DNA of 7,978 nucleotides from a virus (Duplodnaviria; Heunggongvirae; Uroviricota; Caudoviricetes): IMG/VR virus record IMGVR_UViG_2681813004_000012, positions 1 to 7,978 of that record; one strand, 5' to 3'. Shown piece by piece: positions 7,284 to 7,978 of this stretch (position 1 is its first letter; each line of letters starts with the position of its first letter). The notes under the pieces were generated by a model. It saw only the letters and a program-made list of their open reading frames with translations, ran no database searches and was not told where the DNA came from. The position numbers and the translations under genes were made by a program.

Positions 7284-7681
7284 GATGTTACCGGCTCAGT
7301 CGCTTCTGCTTTCCCGGTTTGTTCAGGATCGGCATCGTGCCGGTTATCCAGCATACCTGAAAGATAAAGCACCCGGTTCGTTGCCTGATTCAGTGCATCA
7401 GCAGGCCATCCCAGCATCACTTCACGGCGGATCTGCTGCATCTCTGTCTCCGGAGAGGCCAGAGTGCCTTTGAGGGAATGGGAATGCCATAGCGACATCG
7501 CCACAAGCAGGGATGCCGTTTCCAGATATCGCTGGTTAATGTGCACGACATCATGCTTCGTTGTCTCCTGTTGTTCTGCGTCTGAAACAAACTTTATATA
7601 ATCAAACCGCTGCAGCGCAGACAATTCGGAAAGCGTGACGGACACACCGTTATATTCAAATTGTTCTGTTTTCAGAAACAT
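7259..7681 (-). CDS. G: Tail assembly chaperone G
   Basis: 140-aa ORF starting MFLKTEQFEYNGVSVTLSELSALQR, the same length and N-terminus as lambda gpG. SD GGAGG 6 nt upstream. Confidence 0.92.
   Translation of the reverse strand: MFLKTEQFEYNGVSVTLSELSALQRFDYIKFVSDAEQQETTKHDVVHINQRYLETASLLVAMSLWHSHSLKGTLASPETEMQQIRREVMLGWPADALNQATNRVLYLSGMLDNRHDADPEQTGKAEATEPVTSKKHSKAS
7277..7283 (-). promoter_or_regulatory. Slippery heptamer A AAA AAG for the G-T -1 ribosomal frameshift
   Basis: In the G frame the minus strand reads TCA AAA AAG, five codons before the G stop. This is the position where, as I recall, lambda has GCG GGA AAG. Confidence 0.7.
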
Positions 7682-7694
7682 GTATTACCTCCGT

Positions 7695-7978
7695 TTACCC
7701 TGCAGCGCCCGCTTCAGTAACGGTGACTTCAGCCACTGCGGCGAACTGACCATTTCCGCTCACCACAGGGATCTGCACCTTACCTGTCGCCACGCCGTTT
7801 ACCGTAATTGTCATATCTTTCACACTAATGGTGGCTTTCGACGGATCGGCGGAAACCGCTCTGAACGTCTTGTCGGTTGCACTTTCCGGCTCAAAAGAAA
7901 CCGTCAGGGTGGTTGTTTTCCCTTTTGCCACCGTACCGGATGTCGGCGTCACCTTAATCGCAGTGACCGGCGTAATTT
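7695..7978 (-). CDS. V: Major tail protein V, C-terminal part with Ig-like (Big_2-type) domain; 5' end lies beyond the window
   Basis: The frame is open to the window edge (hand-translated [24 protein letters not shown]...), so the GTG start in the ORF track is an artefact of the edge. Beta-rich T/V/S/A composition is typical of the gpV C-terminal Ig-like domain. Stop is 13 nt before the G start. Confidence 0.8.
   Translation of the reverse strand, partial: ITPVTAIKVTPTSGTVAKGKTTTLTVSFEPESATDKTFRAVSADPSKATISVKDMTITVNGVATGKVQIPVVSGNGQFAAVAEVTVTEAGAAG

Noticed and set aside
7309..7315. GGGAAAG heptamer (minus strand), matching the lambda G-T slippery sequence as I recall it
   Set aside because: In the G frame it is read GGG AAA G (wrong register for X XXY YYZ), and the -1 frame from this point terminates at TGA 7298..7296. 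The functional site is the A AAA AAG heptamer at 7283..7277.
1..7978. Search for tRNA genes, integrase/att sites, IS elements or toxin-like cargo
   Set aside because: No cloverleaf-compatible tRNA-like segments, no long terminal inverted repeats and no transposase- or integrase-like ORFs were seen. The window appears to be internal to a prophage late region.

Overview
The window is a lambda-like (siphovirus) tail morphogenesis operon, encoded entirely on the minus strand in the canonical order V(partial)-G-T-H-M-L-[insert]-K-I-J(partial). Gene identities rest on my recollection of the phage lambda proteins (near-identical L, M and J N-terminus; clear G, T, H, K, I and V homology); no database search was possible. 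Three things stand out. (1) A ~1.6 kb insert between L and K carries a P22 immI-like antirepressor cassette: a small Arc-like ribbon-helix-helix (RHH) gene not in the supplied ORF track, a Bro-N antirepressor, a divergent Mnt-like RHH repressor, an operator-like repeat array, and a candidate sar-like antisense RNA. (2) The tape measure gene H is split into two frames by an apparent 1-nt loss at a GC-rich palindrome. (3) The G-T programmed -1 frameshift site is A AAA AAG, at the position where lambda has G GGA AAG. No tRNA, rRNA, CRISPR array, IS element or att site was seen.
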